Source: a bacterium (GTDB taxonomy: Bacteria > Sysuimicrobiota > Sysuimicrobiia > Sysuimicrobiales > Kaftiobacteriaceae). From it: a stretch of 64,000 bases of DNA. The notes under the pieces were generated by a model. The model was not told the origin of the DNA. It worked only from the letters and a program-made list of their open reading frames with translations, and made no database searches. Both the position numbers and the translations under genes were made by a program. The stretch spans positions 1-64,000 of the forward strand of contig JBIOWP010000053.1 in the NCBI GenBank assembly GCA_044868695.1, written 5' to 3'. Positions 19,205-28,042 of the stretch are shown here, piece by piece (positions within the stretch are counted from its first letter, which is position 1; each line of letters opens with the position of its first letter).

Positions 19205-20526
19205 CAGATGCGACGACCGAGCAGCTGACCAAATACGCCGCCGCGCTGAAGGAGTACCTCCGGGGAGGCGGCGAGCCCGCGCTGCAGCGGGCGTATGAAC
19301 TCGGACGCGCCGCGCTCGCCGAGGGGGTCGGCGTGCTGGAGATGGCAGCGCTGCACCATCGGGCGATGGTGCAACTGCTGCGGTCTGAAGAGAGCCTGCC
19401 GGGGATGGTCGCGGCCGCGGGGCAGTTCTTGGTCGAGAGTCTGTCGCCATTTGAGATGACACACCGGGGATACCGTGAAGCCAACGCGTCGCTTGAGGCC
19501 AGCGAGAAGCAGTACCGCGAGCTGTTCGAAAACGCCAACGATGCGGTGTTCACGGCTGACCTCACCGGTCAGTTCACGTCCATCAACCGGGCGGGGGAGC
19601 AGCTGACGGGGTACGAGCGCGGTGAGGTCACGTCCATGAACTTCGCGAGCGTCGTCGTGCCCGAGCACGTGCCGATCGCCCAGCGCATGATGGAGCGGAA
19701 ACTGCGTGGCGAGGTGGAACGGACCCGCTACGAAATCGAAATCAAGACCCGCGACGGACGGAGAGTTCCCGTCGAGGTGCACACCGCGCTGCTCCGCCAT
19801 GACGGGCAGGCGGTGGGGATCCACGGCATTGCGCGCGATATCACGGAGCGCAAGCAGGCTGAAGAGACGCTGCGGTGGTTGAACGAGCGGTTGGAGGACG
19901 AGGCGAAGCGGATCGCGCACGCGCTGCACGATGAAGCCGGCCAGCTGCTCAGTTCCGTGCACCTCGCCCTGGAGGAGGTCGCGCGCGATCTTCCTCAGGG
20001 CGCGCGGGCGCGGATGCGGGCCGTGAAAGAGCTGCTCGACCAGATCGAAGAGGAGCTGCGGCGGCTGTCCCACGAGCTCCGGCCGACGGTGCTCGACGAC
20101 CTCGGGCTGCTGCCGGCCCTGGAATTCCTCGCCGATCGCGTCGGCAGGCGCAGCGGGCTCACGATTACGGTGCAGGACAAGACCGAGCGGCGCCTGCCGC
20201 CGTCTGTCGAGACGGCCCTCTACCGCAGCGTGCAGGAGGCGTTCAACAATATCATGCGGCACGCGAAGGCGGCGCGGGTGAAGGTAGAGATCCGGCAGGA
20301 GGCAGGGAGCGTGCTCTGCTCGGTGCGGGACGACGGCATTGGGTTCAACACCGCCGTGGTGAAGGTGCGCGAAGGCGAGCGCGGACTCGGTCTGATGGGC
20401 ATCCGGGAACGCGCCGGCGCCCTGGGCGGGACGCTTGAGATCCGGTCGGCGCCGGGGAAGGGCACCGAGCTGTCTATCTCGATTCCTCTGGAGAGTGGAG
20501 ATGTCGCTGCGGATTCTGCTGGCTGA
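19201..20526 (+). CDS. RsbU-N-like / PAS / HisKA_3 histidine kinase
   Basis: N-terminal helical YAAALKEYL...ALQRAYELGR...FLVESLSPF; PAS (YRELFENANDA...ARDITERK); IAHALHDEAGQ; DDGIGF. Confidence 0.88.
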   Translation: MTDATTEQLTKYAAALKEYLRGGGEPALQRAYELGRAALAEGVGVLEMAALHHRAMVQLLRSEESLPGMVAAAGQFLVESLSPFEMTHRGYREANASLEASEKQYRELFENANDAVFTADLTGQFTSINRAGEQLTGYERGEVTSMNFASVVVPEHVPIAQRMMERKLRGEVERTRYEIEIKTRDGRRVPVEVHTALLRHDGQAVGIHGIARDITERKQAEETLRWLNERLEDEAKRIAHALHDEAGQLLSSVHLALEEVARDLPQGARARMRAVKELLDQIEEELRRLSHELRPTVLDDLGLLPALEFLADRVGRRSGLTITVQDKTERRLPPSVETALYRSVQEAFNNIMRHAKAARVKVEIRQEAGSVLCSVRDDGIGFNTAVVKVREGERGLGLMGIRERAGALGGTLEIRSAPGKGTELSISIPLESGDVAADSAG

Positions 20527-21133
20527 TGATCACGGAATCTTCCGCCAGGGCGTCAAGGCGCTGCTGGAGCGTGAAGGATTCCGCGTGGACGGCGAGGCCG
20601 GGGACGGCCACGCCGCGATTCAGCTCGCCGAGCAGCTGACTCCCGACGTCGCGGTCCTCGACCTCACCATGCCGCTGTTGAACGGCCTCGACGCGGCCAG
20701 GGAAATTGCGCGCCTGTCCCCGCGGACGCGGACGATCCTGCTGACGATGCATACCGAGGATCCGTATGTCGCCAAGGCGCTCGCGGCCGGCATCCGCGGG
20801 TACGTGCTGAAGAGCCAGGCGGCGGAGGACCTGGTGCAGGCCATCCGGGAGGTGTCCAAAGGCGCCGTGTATCTGAGTCCCGGCGTCTCGGAGGCCGTCG
20901 TCGAAGCGTACCTGGCGAGACGCGAGCTGCCCCGCGATCCGCTGACCTCGCGCGAGCGCCAGGTCCTGCAGCTCATCGCCGAGGGCAAGACCACCAAGGA
21001 GGTGGCCGGCCTCCTGGGCGTGAGCGTGAAGACGGCGGAGTCCCACCGGATGAGGATCATGTCCAAGCTCGATATCCACGAGACCGCCGGGCTGGTCCGC
21101 TACGCCATCCGTCAGGGACTGCTGCCGCCCTGA
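20501..21133 (+). CDS. NarL family response regulator 1
   Basis: LADDH, VLDLTMP, LTSRERQVLQLIAEGKTTKEVA...KLDIHETAGLVRYAIRQG. Confidence 0.93.
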   Translation: MSLRILLADDHGIFRQGVKALLEREGFRVDGEAGDGHAAIQLAEQLTPDVAVLDLTMPLLNGLDAAREIARLSPRTRTILLTMHTEDPYVAKALAAGIRGYVLKSQAAEDLVQAIREVSKGAVYLSPGVSEAVVEAYLARRELPRDPLTSRERQVLQLIAEGKTTKEVAGLLGVSVKTAESHRMRIMSKLDIHETAGLVRYAIRQGLLPP

Positions 21134-21153
21134 CCCGCCCGCAGAAAAGCGAA

Positions 21154-21222
21154 TCAGGGTTTTCCCTATGCGAGATTCAGGCGTTTACCCGATTGGACCC
21201 CCCAGCTAGATCCTCGTAGCGT
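21154..21222 (+). promoter_or_regulatory. bipartite dyad promoter, site 3 (regulator 2)
   Basis: TCAGGGTTTTCCCTA-tgcgagat-TCAGGCGTTTACCCGATT-N22-TAGCGT. Confidence 0.8.
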
Positions 21223-21279
21223 TACGTATAAGACTGGCACGACATCTGTGTGGACGTTGCGAAGGAGTGACGCCGTCCC

Positions 21280-21912
21280 GTGCCACTAAGAGTGGTCATC
21301 GCCGACGACCATGCGATCGTCCGTCAAGGCGTCCGGGGCCTGCTGGAGCGCGAGGGCTTCGATGTCGTCGCGGAAGCGGGCGACGGCAAAGAGGCGGTCC
21401 GGCTGACGCAGGAGCTCGGTCCCGACGTGGCGGTCCTCGACTTCGTCATGCCGGTGCAGGACGGCCTCGACACGGCCCAGGAGATCTCGCAAGTGTCACC
21501 GGGGACCCGGGCGATCCTGCTGACGATGCATGCTGAGGAACCCTACGTCGTCAGAGCCCTGCAGGCGGGGATCAGGGGTTACGTCCTCAAATCACAGACC
21601 GCGGTTGAGCTGGTGGGCGCCATTACTGAAGTCATGCGGGGCGGGACCTACTTCAGCCCGGGCGTATCCGGCGCCATCGTCCAGGCGTATCAGGCCCGCA
21701 ATGAACCTCCCTCCGATCACCTGACCCCGCGGGAACGTCAGGTGCTCCAGCTGGTTGCCGAGGGCAAGACTACCAAAGAGGTGGCTCAACTGCTGGGCAT
21801 CAGCGCCAAGACGGCCGACTCCCACCGCAGCCGCATCATGTCCAAGCTGGACATTCATGAGACGGCCGGGCTGGTCCGCTACGCCATCCGCCAGGGGCTC
21901 ATCAGGCTGTAA
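21280..21912 (+). CDS. NarL family response regulator 2 (paralogue of regulator 1)
   Basis: IADDH, VLDFVMP, C-terminal HTH nearly identical to 20501-21133. Confidence 0.93.
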   Translation: MPLRVVIADDHAIVRQGVRGLLEREGFDVVAEAGDGKEAVRLTQELGPDVAVLDFVMPVQDGLDTAQEISQVSPGTRAILLTMHAEEPYVVRALQAGIRGYVLKSQTAVELVGAITEVMRGGTYFSPGVSGAIVQAYQARNEPPSDHLTPRERQVLQLVAEGKTTKEVAQLLGISAKTADSHRSRIMSKLDIHETAGLVRYAIRQGLIRL

Positions 21913-21978
21913 AGAGAATCACCGATCCTCCTTAAGGCGTCCTCCCGATTGAATCCCCGCCTACGCGACCGTTACCAT
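21910..21978 (+). promoter_or_regulatory. bipartite dyad promoter, site 4 (ANTAR gene)
   Basis: TAAAGAGAATCACCG-atcctcct-TAAGGCGTCCTCCCGATT-N22-TACCAT. Confidence 0.65.
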
Positions 21979-21989
21979 AGTCTAAACGT

Positions 21990-22655
21990 ATGCAAACTCT
22001 GCGCGTGCTCATTGCCGAAGATAAGCGTCTTGTCGCGACGCGTCTGAGCTCGCAGCTCGAGAGTCTCGGGCATGAGGTCGCGGGCGTCGTACAAGATGGC
22101 CGCGACTTAGTGGAGGCCGCCTGGCGCCTGCTGCCGGACGTGATTATCGTCGGACTGCCGCTGCCCGTGCTGGACGGGATCGAGGCGTCGCGCGCTATTC
22201 TCACCAGACATGCGATTCCCATTATCGTGCTTGCCGGGTACACCTCCGCAGGTCTTGTCCGGCGGGCCCAGGAAGCCGGTGTGCTCACGTTCCTCGCCTG
22301 GCCGACTGACACCAGCGCGCTGGGGTCCGCGATTTATGTCGCACTGACCCGCTTCCAGGAGCTGCAGGTACTGTCCGAGCAGTCGGGCGACCTCCGGCAG
22401 GCGTTGCGGGCGCGCGCGACGGTGGAGCGGGCAAGGAAGATGTTGATGCGGCGCCTTGACCTCACGGAGGCCGATGCCTTCAGGTACATGCGCCGCCAAA
22501 GTCAGACCTCGGGCCTGCCGGTCCGAGACCTGGCAGCGAATATGCTGATGGTGGGAGAGTTTCTGTTTGGGAAGCTCGACACGGTCCGCCGTCTCGGAAC
22601 GATCCTCGACGTGCTCAGGCAGCGCGAGGCAGTCGGTCCACAGCGGGTCGCTTGA
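21990..22655 (+). CDS. receiver-ANTAR protein (AmiR/NasT-like)
   Basis: RVLIAED receiver; VERARKMLMRRLDLTEADAFRYMRRQS ANTAR helix pattern. Confidence 0.85.
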   Translation: MQTLRVLIAEDKRLVATRLSSQLESLGHEVAGVVQDGRDLVEAAWRLLPDVIIVGLPLPVLDGIEASRAILTRHAIPIIVLAGYTSAGLVRRAQEAGVLTFLAWPTDTSALGSAIYVALTRFQELQVLSEQSGDLRQALRARATVERARKMLMRRLDLTEADAFRYMRRQSQTSGLPVRDLAANMLMVGEFLFGKLDTVRRLGTILDVLRQREAVGPQRVA

Positions 22656-22681
22656 AGGTTCCCCCATAGTCCTTCCGCGCT

Positions 22682-22749
22682 CCTGGGTTTTCCCACCCGC
22701 CGGGTAGGGAAGCACCTGATTGGTCACGTCGGAGTCCAGCCCCTAGTGT
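22682..22749 (+). promoter_or_regulatory. bipartite dyad promoter, site 5
   Basis: CCTGGGTTTTCCCAC-ccgccgg-GTAGGGAAGCACCTGATT-N22-TAGTGT. Confidence 0.72.
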
Positions 22750-22876
22750 GGGTTCGGAGAGCACCCTCATAAGCTGAGGCCGTTACGGGTGAGCCCAGCC
22801 GGGCGTGTGAGTATGTGCGCGTTAAGGGTAGGGGCCGATCTCTGCGCGTGACGTCAAGGGTTCTGAGAACGATGCG

Positions 22877-23176
22877 ATGGGCACGCTGGTTATTTCGTTT
22901 GTCTCTGCGGTCACCGGGGCAGGGTACTCCGAGGGCGACGATGCAAAGATCACGATCGTCGTCCCGCGGTCGCACGCCTATCTTGCTGACCTGCTCGCCA
23001 GGGCCTTCGAAGGACGTGAGGACATCGAGGTCGTCGTGGACCGGCGGCGCGGCGACCGGCGGGCCCAGCAGCGGCCTGTCTCCGTCGATCGCCGGCGGAA
23101 AGATCGGCGCCGGCGCAAAGAGGAAGTCGTTGAGGTCGTAGTCGGCCGGCCGGGATGGCTGTCTGATACTTCGTAA
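22877..23176 (+). CDS. small protein with tandem DRR motifs
   Basis: EVVVDRRRGDRR...VDRRRKDRRR; lies downstream of promoter site 5; start uncertain. Confidence 0.65.
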   Translation: MGTLVISFVSAVTGAGYSEGDDAKITIVVPRSHAYLADLLARAFEGREDIEVVVDRRRGDRRAQQRPVSVDRRRKDRRRRKEEVVEVVVGRPGWLSDTS

Positions 23177-23231
23177 GGAGCGGAGCCGCCATCTGAACGC
23201 CTATGACGCGGTCAGAACCGCGCGTGGGTGG

Positions 23232-23299
23232 TAGGGGAACTTCCCGCCGGTGAGTCGGAGATTTACCTGATTGGCCGCGTCCGGGGAACACGCTACACC
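23232..23299 (+). promoter_or_regulatory. bipartite dyad promoter, site 6
   Basis: TAGGGGAACTTCCCG-ccggtgag-TCGGAGATTTACCTGATT-N21-TACACC. Confidence 0.75.
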
Positions 23300-23336
23300 C
23301 AAACCGGGTAGACGTCTGCATCGGTGGAGGAATGGC

Positions 23337-25295
23337 ATGCGACCGGCGATCCTGCGGAGTGCGGTGTGCGTCCTTTTCGTGAGCCTCCTGGCGGGTGGCC
23401 CGCCGGCCTCGGCGTGGGACGGAGTGTCTCATGCCGTCGTCAAGGTGTGGAATACCGCCGTTCCTATTCCCCCCTCCTTGAGCCTCGGGCTGACGCCGGG
23501 CGAGTCCGTCGAGGATCCCGCCGGCCTCACAGACCATGGCACAAGTTTCCCCACGATCGTGACCGTGTATGCCCGCAGCAGCCATCCGGGGGGTCTGTCG
23601 GGAGTGTCGTATTGGAATCCCGAGGGGAATGTCTTCGCGTGGTATGGGAAGACGTTTGGAGGGCTGCCCGCGGCGCAAATGCCACCGCCGCCGCCCAGCA
23701 GCGGGTTCCCAGGCGGGGTCGATATCAACCGGGGCGGCGGACCGGTCCTGGCAGGCGGACCATTCGGAACATCGTTTGGACCGGGTGATGTCTGGATCGG
23801 CGGAGCGCAGAATGAGCCGCTGATCGTGCAGATGGCCGGCTCGGACCCGCTGACCGGCGCCGGCAGGTTCCGATCCTACGGGACCAACAACCCGCTGCTG
23901 CCGCCGTCCGGCCAGGCCTTTGGGGTTCAGGTCGACGAAGCCACCGGGCACGTCTTCGTCGCCCAGACCTTCGAACGCCGGATCAGCCGGGTGAATCCTC
24001 CGACGGCGATCGTCACCATGTGGGACATGGGGACCTGCAACGGGTCGACGTGCGGCAGCCCCGTCTATGTGACGGTCGACACGTCGGGGCGCCCCTACGC
24101 GACGACGGTCGGATCGACGTTTGGGGACGGCGTCGTTCGCGTGAACCGCGGCGCAGACGGCGTGCTGGGGCTCAACCCCCTCACCGGCGTCTCTGACGAC
24201 ACCATCAGCCTGTGGGCGCTCCCCAGCCAGCCTGCATACCGCATCCCGCCGCTGTTCCTGACGAATCCGGAGGAGAACCCGAACGGGCTCATTACCGCGG
24301 ATGCGGATGGCAATGTGTGGATCTCCGAAAGCGGTGCCCACAAGGTGGCACGGCTGAACCCTGCCACGAACCAGATCTGCGAATACACCACGTCTGGAAT
24401 GCGCAACCCGCAGCAGATCACGACGACGGGGTCCGGCAGCTCGCTGCAGGTGTTCTTCACGGAGGGGGAGGGCAACTCGGTCAGTGTGCTCACGCAGGGC
24501 GAAGCCGACCTGGCGCCGTTCCCCGACCGGGCGTGCGTCAGTGTCACGCCCCTCACCTTTCCGACGCGTGTGGTCGACGTGACGACGCAGACCTTTGACG
24601 AACTGGTGCTGCCTCTGCGGACGGCGATCGTGCCGACGGTCCATCACGTGGCCTCGGTCGGCGGATCGGGCATCGCGCGGTTCTCGCCTATGCCGAACCC
24701 GCTGCTGTCCGTTGACGGGGACCCGATCGGGGATGCGGGCAACGGTTTCCCGTCGGGGATGACCGGTGTGTACGGGGTGAATCGGGTCGCGGGCGCGTAC
24801 CTCGATCTGCAGAATGGCAACAAGCACTTTCAGGTGGAAAGCCGCCTCATCACCGCCCCGCCGCCATCCCCGCCCGGCGGGCTGCCCGGCCGCATGACCG
24901 GTGGCGGGAGGCTCGCCACCGCGGACGGGACGAAGGTGACATACGGGCTCGTGCTGCGGTGCGCGGCGGATCAACAGGGCAAAGACGCGCTGCAGGTGAA
25001 CTGGAGCGAGGGCAACAGGTTCCATCTCACGCGGGTCAACGCGGCCTCGTGCAGTGACGATCCGTCCATCAGCCCCGATCCTCCCCCTGCGTCGTTCGAC
25101 ACTCACTCGGGCCGCGGGACAGGCCGCTACAATGGCGTAGACGGCGCCACGGCGGAGTGGACGTTCACCGACGCCGGAGAACCGGGGAACGACGATACCG
25201 TCCGGCTCGTCATCCGGAACGCCTCGGGCACGGTTGTGCTCGTGGTCTCGGGCCGGCTCACGAGAGGGAACAATCAGGCGCACGACGCCAGGTAG
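23337..25295 (+). CDS. secreted beta-propeller (Vgb/NHL-like) protein with a C-terminal post-COAP-like domain
   Basis: GGAGG RBS, signal peptide; PNGLITADADGNVWISESGAHKVARLNP; Pro linker; GRMTGGG...DAGEPG.DD...GNNQAH. Confidence 0.75.
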   Translation: MRPAILRSAVCVLFVSLLAGGPPASAWDGVSHAVVKVWNTAVPIPPSLSLGLTPGESVEDPAGLTDHGTSFPTIVTVYARSSHPGGLSGVSYWNPEGNVFAWYGKTFGGLPAAQMPPPPPSSGFPGGVDINRGGGPVLAGGPFGTSFGPGDVWIGGAQNEPLIVQMAGSDPLTGAGRFRSYGTNNPLLPPSGQAFGVQVDEATGHVFVAQTFERRISRVNPPTAIVTMWDMGTCNGSTCGSPVYVTVDTSGRPYATTVGSTFGDGVVRVNRGADGVLGLNPLTGVSDDTISLWALPSQPAYRIPPLFLTNPEENPNGLITADADGNVWISESGAHKVARLNPATNQICEYTTSGMRNPQQITTTGSGSSLQVFFTEGEGNSVSVLTQGEADLAPFPDRACVSVTPLTFPTRVVDVTTQTFDELVLPLRTAIVPTVHHVASVGGSGIARFSPMPNPLLSVDGDPIGDAGNGFPSGMTGVYGVNRVAGAYLDLQNGNKHFQVESRLITAPPPSPPGGLPGRMTGGGRLATADGTKVTYGLVLRCAADQQGKDALQVNWSEGNRFHLTRVNAASCSDDPSISPDPPPASFDTHSGRGTGRYNGVDGATAEWTFTDAGEPGNDDTVRLVIRNASGTVVLVVSGRLTRGNNQAHDAR

Positions 25296-25310
25296 CGGCA
25301 TGCGGCAATC

Positions 25311-25348
25311 CCGCAGGCGCCGGAGAGTGGGCGCCTGCGGTCTTTTTC
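25311..25348 (+). terminator. intrinsic terminator
   Basis: CCGCAGGCGCC-N8-GGCGCCTGCGG followed by TCTTTTTC. Confidence 0.8.
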
Positions 25349-25350
25349 TC

Positions 25351-25454
25351 TAGGGACATTCCCCGATGGCGTTTGATGACTTCTCCCTCGAACGTTCTCC
25401 AGCCGGTTTTCCAGGCTTCGCCTGATTGGTCTTCACGCTACGGTTAGGCACAGT
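25351..25454 (+). promoter_or_regulatory. dyad promoter, site 7 (variant spacing)
   Basis: Box A-like TAGGGACATTCCCCG at 25351-25365; box B TCCAGGCTTCGCCTGATT at 25410-25427; CACAGT 21 nt later. Confidence 0.6.
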
Positions 25455-25601
25455 GAGTGATGGAATGCGCAAGCGATCCGGACCCCCGAGGGGCCGGGAA
25501 GGAGGGATTGCGTCAACCAGTCACCGTAGGTCTCCGGTCCTTTGCATCGGGAGGTCGGACCGGCGCAGGGTCGTGTCGCACATGTCGAGAGGAGGAACGC
25601 A

Positions 25602-26246
25602 ATGAGCACGATGAGAGTCATGCACAGCCACGGCGCGCGCTGGGGTGTCGGTGCGCTGACCGTGGTCTTGACAATCTTCCTGGCGGTGCCCGCTCCTGTG
25701 AGCGCGCAGCTGCCGCTCCCACTGCCGGGAAGCGGAGGGGGGTCAGGGCCTCAGGCGACCGTAGTGCAGGCCGCCGTGTTCGGATCGACCGCCACGCTGG
25801 CCGATACCGGGACCCTCACGAGCGCCAGTGATCCTCTGGAAGCGTCGCTGGATGCAGGCAGCGCATTGGGAGTCGTGAACGGGGAAGTCCTGCACGCCGT
25901 CACGATCGGCTGGTCCGATCAGGTCGTCTCTGAAGCTTCGCTCGGGAACCTCACCATCGCGGGAGGCGGGCTTAGCATCATTGCGGACTTCGTGATGGCC
26001 CGGGCGCAGTCTGTCTCGGGATCCGGGAGCAGCGGTGGCTCCCTCATCGAGAACCTGTCGATCAACGGGGCGCCAGTCCAGCTCACCGGAGTGAATCAGA
26101 CGATCGCCCTGCTGGGGGGCCTCACCCTGGTCATCAACGAGGTGCAACAGTCGGGGAGCTCGGTCACGGCCAACGCCCTGCACCTCACGTCGCTGGATGG
26201 TCTCGTCGACATCGTGGTCGCGTCGGCGAGGGCGGGTGGGTTCTGA
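25602..26246 (+). CDS. secreted choice-of-anchor P-like protein
   Basis: Signal peptide; LSINGAPV....NQTIALLGGLTLVINE....VTANALHL...DIVVASARAG. Confidence 0.7.
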   Translation: MSTMRVMHSHGARWGVGALTVVLTIFLAVPAPVSAQLPLPLPGSGGGSGPQATVVQAAVFGSTATLADTGTLTSASDPLEASLDAGSALGVVNGEVLHAVTIGWSDQVVSEASLGNLTIAGGGLSIIADFVMARAQSVSGSGSSGGSLIENLSINGAPVQLTGVNQTIALLGGLTLVINEVQQSGSSVTANALHLTSLDGLVDIVVASARAGGF

Positions 26247-26269
26247 TGAGAGGACAGGAGGAGTGGACG

Positions 26270-26857
26270 ATGCGTAAGGTCATCTCATCTCTACTGGTGC
26301 TCGTCGCCGTTGTGGCGATGCAGGTGGTAGTTCCGACCCCCGCGCCTGCCCACGTGATCCCCAAACCATGTGATTTCACGACCGGCGGCGGATTTGTTTT
26401 CAACCCCTTCCCCAATGGAGCGAGGATCAACTTCGGCCTCGTCGGGGGGTGTAAGCACGGCTCGTTCTTCGGCCATGTGAACATCGTTGATCGGAGTTTC
26501 CCCCTTGGCCAGCTGCACGTGAGCAGCACGAGCATTGACGCGTACTTCGATCCGATAATTTCAGGATCGGGGTACCGTGATATCTGTGGCACGGCCAGGA
26601 CGAATCTCGTCGGCGATGTGAAGTTTCGCGTGCGAACGAAGGACAACGGAGAACCCGGAGGCGATGACCGCTTTGGGTTCAAACTGGCCAAGAATGGCGC
26701 AACGTACACTGTCAGCGTTCGGGAGCTGGGTCCCCCCGGCCGGACGGGCGGCGGTGGCAACATCCAGCTGCACAAGCCCAACCCGTCGACCACGGGACCG
26801 GACTTTGTAGACGAGATCGTTGCGTGCGGTGCGGATGACTCTGGATTGGGATTCTGA
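26270..26857 (+). CDS. secreted post-COAP-like domain protein
   Basis: Signal peptide; CDFTTGGGF..NFGLVGG..DNGEPGGDDRFG..GGGNIQLH. Confidence 0.7.
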   Translation: MRKVISSLLVLVAVVAMQVVVPTPAPAHVIPKPCDFTTGGGFVFNPFPNGARINFGLVGGCKHGSFFGHVNIVDRSFPLGQLHVSSTSIDAYFDPIISGSGYRDICGTARTNLVGDVKFRVRTKDNGEPGGDDRFGFKLAKNGATYTVSVRELGPPGRTGGGGNIQLHKPNPSTTGPDFVDEIVACGADDSGLGF

Positions 26858-26897
26858 CCGACTCGAGTCCCAAGGTTGTCGTCGCTCAACTATCGGT

Positions 26898-26939
26898 CCC
26901 CGGGGGGCCCGCATGGCGAGCCTCCCGGGGCAGTTTCTT
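26898..26939 (+). terminator. probable intrinsic terminator
   Basis: CCCCGGGGGGCCCGC-atg-GCGAGCCTCCCGGGG then CAGTTTCTT. Confidence 0.5.
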
Positions 26940-26963
26940 GGGTGGTTCAAATTCCAGCCGAGT

Positions 26964-27032
26964 TCAGGGGTTTTCCTCGCTGCACGTCCGGCGTCCACCT
27001 GATACCGGCGGAGGAGGGGAGCCGCCTATTCT
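26964..27032 (+). promoter_or_regulatory. bipartite dyad promoter, site 8
   Basis: TCAGGGGTTTTCCTC-gctgcacg-TCCGGCGTCCACCTGATA-N22-TATTCT. Confidence 0.75.
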
Positions 27033-27077
27033 CGGGCTAACGCGAAGGCGCTCCCCGAAGAGAGGGATGGCTGAACG

Positions 27078-28019
27078 ATGACGAGGCATAGCGGTCGACC
27101 GTGGAAACGATTTGGGCTACTCCTGATCAGCATGTTTCAAATCATCCCCGTGCTGCCGGGGCTCAACGTCGGCGCGACGAACGTCGCCTTCGCGCCCGGG
27201 GACGTGGTTCTCTCGTTCGAGAACGGGTCTGTACAGTGGCGGGCTCCCGATGGGGCCCTCAAGGGAGTGCTCGCCGGCACGGTGCCAGGCCCTGCAGAAG
27301 GCATGCGGTTCGATGCGGCCGGCAACCTGTACGTGACGCGCTGGTGCGCGCATCCCTGCTGGACCTCCGACACCGTTGAGAAGTTCAATACCAGTGGCGT
27401 CTGGCAAGGGACGTTCGGCAGCGGGTACAACTGCCGGCCCCACGCGCTCGCCTTCGACGCCGCCGGCAACGCGTACGTCGGCCAGGCCGACTGCACCGGT
27501 GACGTCTTGATGTTTTCGAGGGAGGGAAACCTTCAGGCCACTTATGCGGTCGCTCCCGAGAACAACGGCTCGTTCTGGGTCGACCTCGCCCCCGACGGCT
27601 GTACGCTCTTCTACACGTCGTGGGGTCCCAACGTAAAGCGGTTCAACGTGTGCACGAACAGGCAGCTTGCCGACTTCAACCGCGTCCCGCTGCCCGGCGG
27701 TGAGACCCATGGACTCCGCGTCCTGCCTGGTGGCGGCGTGTTGGTCAGCAGCGGCGCCGTGATCGCGCGCCTTGATGCCTCCGGGGTTCTCGTCCAGACC
27801 TACAGTGTGCCGACGGGTGAGCCCCAGTACTGGGCCGGGCTTGACCTGGTGGGTGACGGCACGTTTTGGGCCGCCAACTATTACGCGTCCATCTTCTTCA
27901 ACAACGCCAATGTGTACAGGTTTGACCTGACCACCGGAGCGATTCGGGGAAGCTTCAACACCGGGACCCCGGACCGTGATGTCGTCGATGTCCGCGTGAG
28001 CCGCGGGACGGGTCCGTAG
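27078..28019 (+). CDS. secreted beta-propeller protein (NHL/SMP-30-like)
   Basis: Signal-like N-terminus; repeated FDAAGNLYV / LAFDAAGNAYV blades. Confidence 0.75.
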   Translation: MTRHSGRPWKRFGLLLISMFQIIPVLPGLNVGATNVAFAPGDVVLSFENGSVQWRAPDGALKGVLAGTVPGPAEGMRFDAAGNLYVTRWCAHPCWTSDTVEKFNTSGVWQGTFGSGYNCRPHALAFDAAGNAYVGQADCTGDVLMFSREGNLQATYAVAPENNGSFWVDLAPDGCTLFYTSWGPNVKRFNVCTNRQLADFNRVPLPGGETHGLRVLPGGGVLVSSGAVIARLDASGVLVQTYSVPTGEPQYWAGLDLVGDGTFWAANYYASIFFNNANVYRFDLTTGAIRGSFNTGTPDRDVVDVRVSRGTGP

Positions 28020-28042
28020 GACCTATCACAGGGAGGCTGTTC

